A stretch of 64,000 nucleotides of DNA, from positions 41,572-105,571 of the forward strand of contig JAFSUW010000029.1 in the NCBI GenBank assembly GCA_017450465.1, given 5' to 3'. Shown one piece after another: positions 61,702-64,000 of this stretch; positions within the stretch are counted from its first letter, which is position 1, and each line of letters starts with the position of its first letter. A model generated the notes under the pieces. The model ran no database searches and had not been told where the DNA came from. It saw only the letters and a program-made list of their open reading frames with translations. The DNA comes from Clostridia bacterium (GTDB lineage: Bacteria; Bacillota; Clostridia; TANB77; RGIG9151). The position numbers were made by a program, and so were the translations under genes.

Positions 61702-61810
61702 AATAAATTCCTCCTTGAATTTTTTGTTTTTACATCCTTGTGTTTCTATGTAATTTTTATAGCATCATATACTTAGCCGTTAGTATAAATACTATAAAAT
61801 AATTACCAAC

Positions 61811-61838
61811 ACTTGTAGGCGAAGTTTCCTTCGCCTTA
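61811..61838. repeat. GC-rich hairpin (TGTAGGCG family)
   Basis: ttgtaggcgaagtttccttcgccttaag. Confidence 0.5.
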
Positions 61839-61848
61839 AGTCTTGTTA

Positions 61849-62682
61849 TTAGCTAAGTAATGATAAAATTGCTTGTGGTTGTTGATTTGCTTGTGCAAGC
61901 ATTGCCATAGCTGATTGATTAAGTATGCTATTCTTTGTGTAACTTACCATTTCTTGAGCCATATCTACATCACGGATACGTGATTCAGCAGCTGTTAAGT
62001 TTTCGCTTGTTGTTGATAAGTTTTCAATTGCATATTCCATTCTGTTTTGTACAGCACCAAGTTTTGCTCTTTGTGTTGATACTGCATTGATTGCAGCGTC
62101 AAGTTTTGTTAATGCTGTACTTGCTCCAGATGCTGTTGTAATGTCTAAGTTATTAACTTGAAGACTTGTAGCATCCATAGCACCTATTGTTACTGTTAAT
62201 GTATCTACTGTTTCTGTATTAGCACCAATTTTGAATTTTGCAGCATCTGCTGCATCTTCTAAGTCACCATTTAATAATTTCTTTGTATTAAATGTTGTTG
62301 AACTTGCGATTCTATCGATTTCACTTTTTAATGCTGTTAACTCAGTTGTAATAGATGTTTGGTCTTGGCTTGTTAACACACCTGTGTTTTCAGCTTTTAC
62401 AACTAGTTCTCTCATTCTTTGTAATATATCTGTTGTCTGTTGTAACGCGCCTTCTGCTGTTTGAATCATTGATATACCATCTTGTGCGTTACTTTGTGCT
62501 TGGTTTAAGCCCCTTATCTGTGCTCTCATTTTTTCACTTATTGCGAGTCCTGATGCGTCATCTGCTGCACCATTGATTCTTAAACCTGAAGACAATTTCT
62601 TAATTGATCCTTCTACCTTATTTTGGTTACCTGTTAATTTGTTTTGGGCATTTAATGCCATGATGTTTGTGTTAATTCTCAT
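61849..62682 (-). CDS. flagellin (277 aa)
   Basis: Conserved flagellin termini. Confidence 0.95.
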   Translation of the reverse strand: MRINTNIMALNAQNKLTGNQNKVEGSIKKLSSGLRINGAADDASGLAISEKMRAQIRGLNQAQSNAQDGISMIQTAEGALQQTTDILQRMRELVVKAENTGVLTSQDQTSITTELTALKSEIDRIASSTTFNTKKLLNGDLEDAADAAKFKIGANTETVDTLTVTIGAMDATSLQVNNLDITTASGASTALTKLDAAINAVSTQRAKLGAVQNRMEYAIENLSTTSENLTAAESRIRDVDMAQEMVSYTKNSILNQSAMAMLAQANQQPQAILSLLS

Positions 62683-62892
62683 TTTACATTCCTCCTTGAA
62701 TTTTTTGATAGGAAAAGCACATCCTTATACTTTTCTTTATCTTTTGTAGACTTTTTACTATATTTCTTTGCCGTGTCAAAATATAGTGCTTCTTTATAGT
62801 ATCTAAAGTCCTAAAATACTATAAAGCTAAGTAATATTTACTTAGTGAAAACAATTAAAACATTTTAATTGCTTTCATTAAGTAAATGTTAC

Positions 62893-62928
62893 TGTAGGGG
62901 GCGATATTAGTCGCCCTCTACAAAACAT
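62893..62928. repeat. GC-rich hairpin (CTGTAGGGGGCG...CGCCCTCTACA)
   Basis: actgtagggggcgatattagtcgccctctacaaaac. Confidence 0.6.
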
Positions 62929-62936
62929 TTAGGCAA

Positions 62937-63770
62937 TTATCTAAGTAATGATAAAATTTGTTGTGGTTGTTGGTTAGCTTGTGCAAGCATTGCCATAGCT
63001 GATTGATTAAGTATGCTATTCTTTGTGTAACTTACCATTTCTTGTGCCATATCTACATCACGGATACGTGATTCAGCAGCTGTTAAGTTTTCACTTGTTG
63101 TTGATAAGTTTTCTACTGCATATTCCATTCTATTTTGTACTGCACCAAGTTTTGCTCTTTGTGTTGATACACTATTAATAGCAGTATCTAATGCTGTTAA
63201 TGCAGCACTTGCTCCTTCTGCTGTTGTTATGTTTAAGTTATGAATTTGAAGTGTTGTTGCATCCATAGCACCTATTGTTACTGACAAAGTATCTACTGTT
63301 TCTGTATTTGCACCAATCTTAAATTTAGCAGCATTTTCATCAGTTCCTAAACTACCATTTAATAGTTTCTTTGTATTGAATGTTGTTGAAGAAGCAATTC
63401 TATCTACTTCATCTTTTAATGAACTTAACTCAGTTGTAATAGATGCTTGGTCTTGTGCTGTTAACACACCTGTGTTTTCTGCTTTTACAACTAGTTCTCT
63501 CATTCTTTGTAAAATATCTGTTGTTTGTTGTAATGCACCTTCTGCTGTTTGGATCATTGATATACCATCTTGTGCGTTACTTCTTGCTTGGTTTAATCCT
63601 CTTATCTGTGCTCTCATTTTTTCACTTATTGCTAAGCCAGATGCGTCATCAGATGCACCATTAATTCTTAAACCTGATGATAATTTCTTAATTGATCCTT
63701 CTACTTTACCTTGATTACCTGTTAATTTGTTTTGGGCATTTAATGCCATGATGTTTGTGTTAATTCTCAT
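62937..63770 (-). CDS. flagellin (277 aa)
   Basis: Conserved flagellin termini. Confidence 0.95.
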   Translation of the reverse strand: MRINTNIMALNAQNKLTGNQGKVEGSIKKLSSGLRINGASDDASGLAISEKMRAQIRGLNQARSNAQDGISMIQTAEGALQQTTDILQRMRELVVKAENTGVLTAQDQASITTELSSLKDEVDRIASSTTFNTKKLLNGSLGTDENAAKFKIGANTETVDTLSVTIGAMDATTLQIHNLNITTAEGASAALTALDTAINSVSTQRAKLGAVQNRMEYAVENLSTTSENLTAAESRIRDVDMAQEMVSYTKNSILNQSAMAMLAQANQQPQQILSLLR

Positions 63771-63888
63771 AATAAATTCCTCCTTGAATTTTTAATTTTT
63801 TAGTACTTCCATGTACTTTTTTTCTATTGTTTTATAATTTTTTATACGACTAATAAACAGTTAGAATTTTTAATCATTCTACTGTGAA

Positions 63889-64000
63889 TTAGCTAAGTAA
63901 TGATAGAATTGCTTGTGGTTGTTGATTTGCTTGTGCAAGCATTGCCATAGCTGATTGATTAAGTATGCTATTCTTTGTGTAACTTACCATTTCAGCAGCC
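63889..64000 (-). CDS. flagellin, C-terminal end only (gene continues past the window end)
   Basis: ttagctaagtaatgatagaattgcttgtggttgttgatttgcttgtgcaagcattgccatagc matches the conserved flagellin 3' coding end. Confidence 0.85.
   Translation of the reverse strand, partial: AAEMVSYTKNSILNQSAMAMLAQANQQPQAILSLLS

Noticed and set aside
53413-63714. Numerous 60-200-aa plus-strand ORFs (for example 54383..54994, 55553..55876, 56368..56784, 58771..59097) inside the flagellin genes
   Set aside because: They lie antisense to strongly supported flagellin CDSs and have low-complexity S/V/L-rich translations typical of shadow ORFs on the opposite strand.
51424-64000. Possibility that the ~1-kb periodic repeats are a CRISPR-like array
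   Set aside because: The repeat units are full-length protein-coding flagellin genes of about 0.8-1.2 kb, not 25-40-bp direct repeats with unique spacers. No cas genes are present.

Overview
This is a low-GC, Clostridium-like chromosomal window in which almost every gene is on the minus strand. Core content: partial lon, rpmE, glyQS, rsmB, rluB, spoIID, the rplL-rplJ-rplA-rplK-nusG-secE-rpmG ribosomal cluster, dut, tRNA-Arg(TCT), spoIIR, rqcH, folD, uppP and sigK. A flagellar late operon (flaG-fliD-fliS plus a FliT-like gene) follows. The standout feature is a tandem array of at least 12 complete flagellin paralogs, one 146-aa mini-flagellin and a further partial copy, all on the minus strand from about 51.4 kb to the window end. 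The paralogs share near-identical N- and C-terminal coding segments and differ in their central domains. Other notable content: (a) two adjacent giant secreted proteins (1175 and 1982 aa) that combine InlB-B-repeat, Ig-like, SLH-like and dockerin modules with a Cys-rich C-terminus; (b) a type IV coupling protein (TraG/VirD4) homolog with a degenerate Walker A, plus two unknown genes, next to the tRNA; (c) a Gp49/HigB-like toxin with an XRE antitoxin and a 531-aa unknown upstream gene; (d) two families of small intergenic repeats. One is a MITE-like element with 12-22 bp terminal inverted repeats AAATTATTGTTT/AAACAATAATTT. The other is a GC-rich hairpin family with the CTGTAGGGGCG...CGCCCCTACAG signature in an otherwise AT-rich genome.
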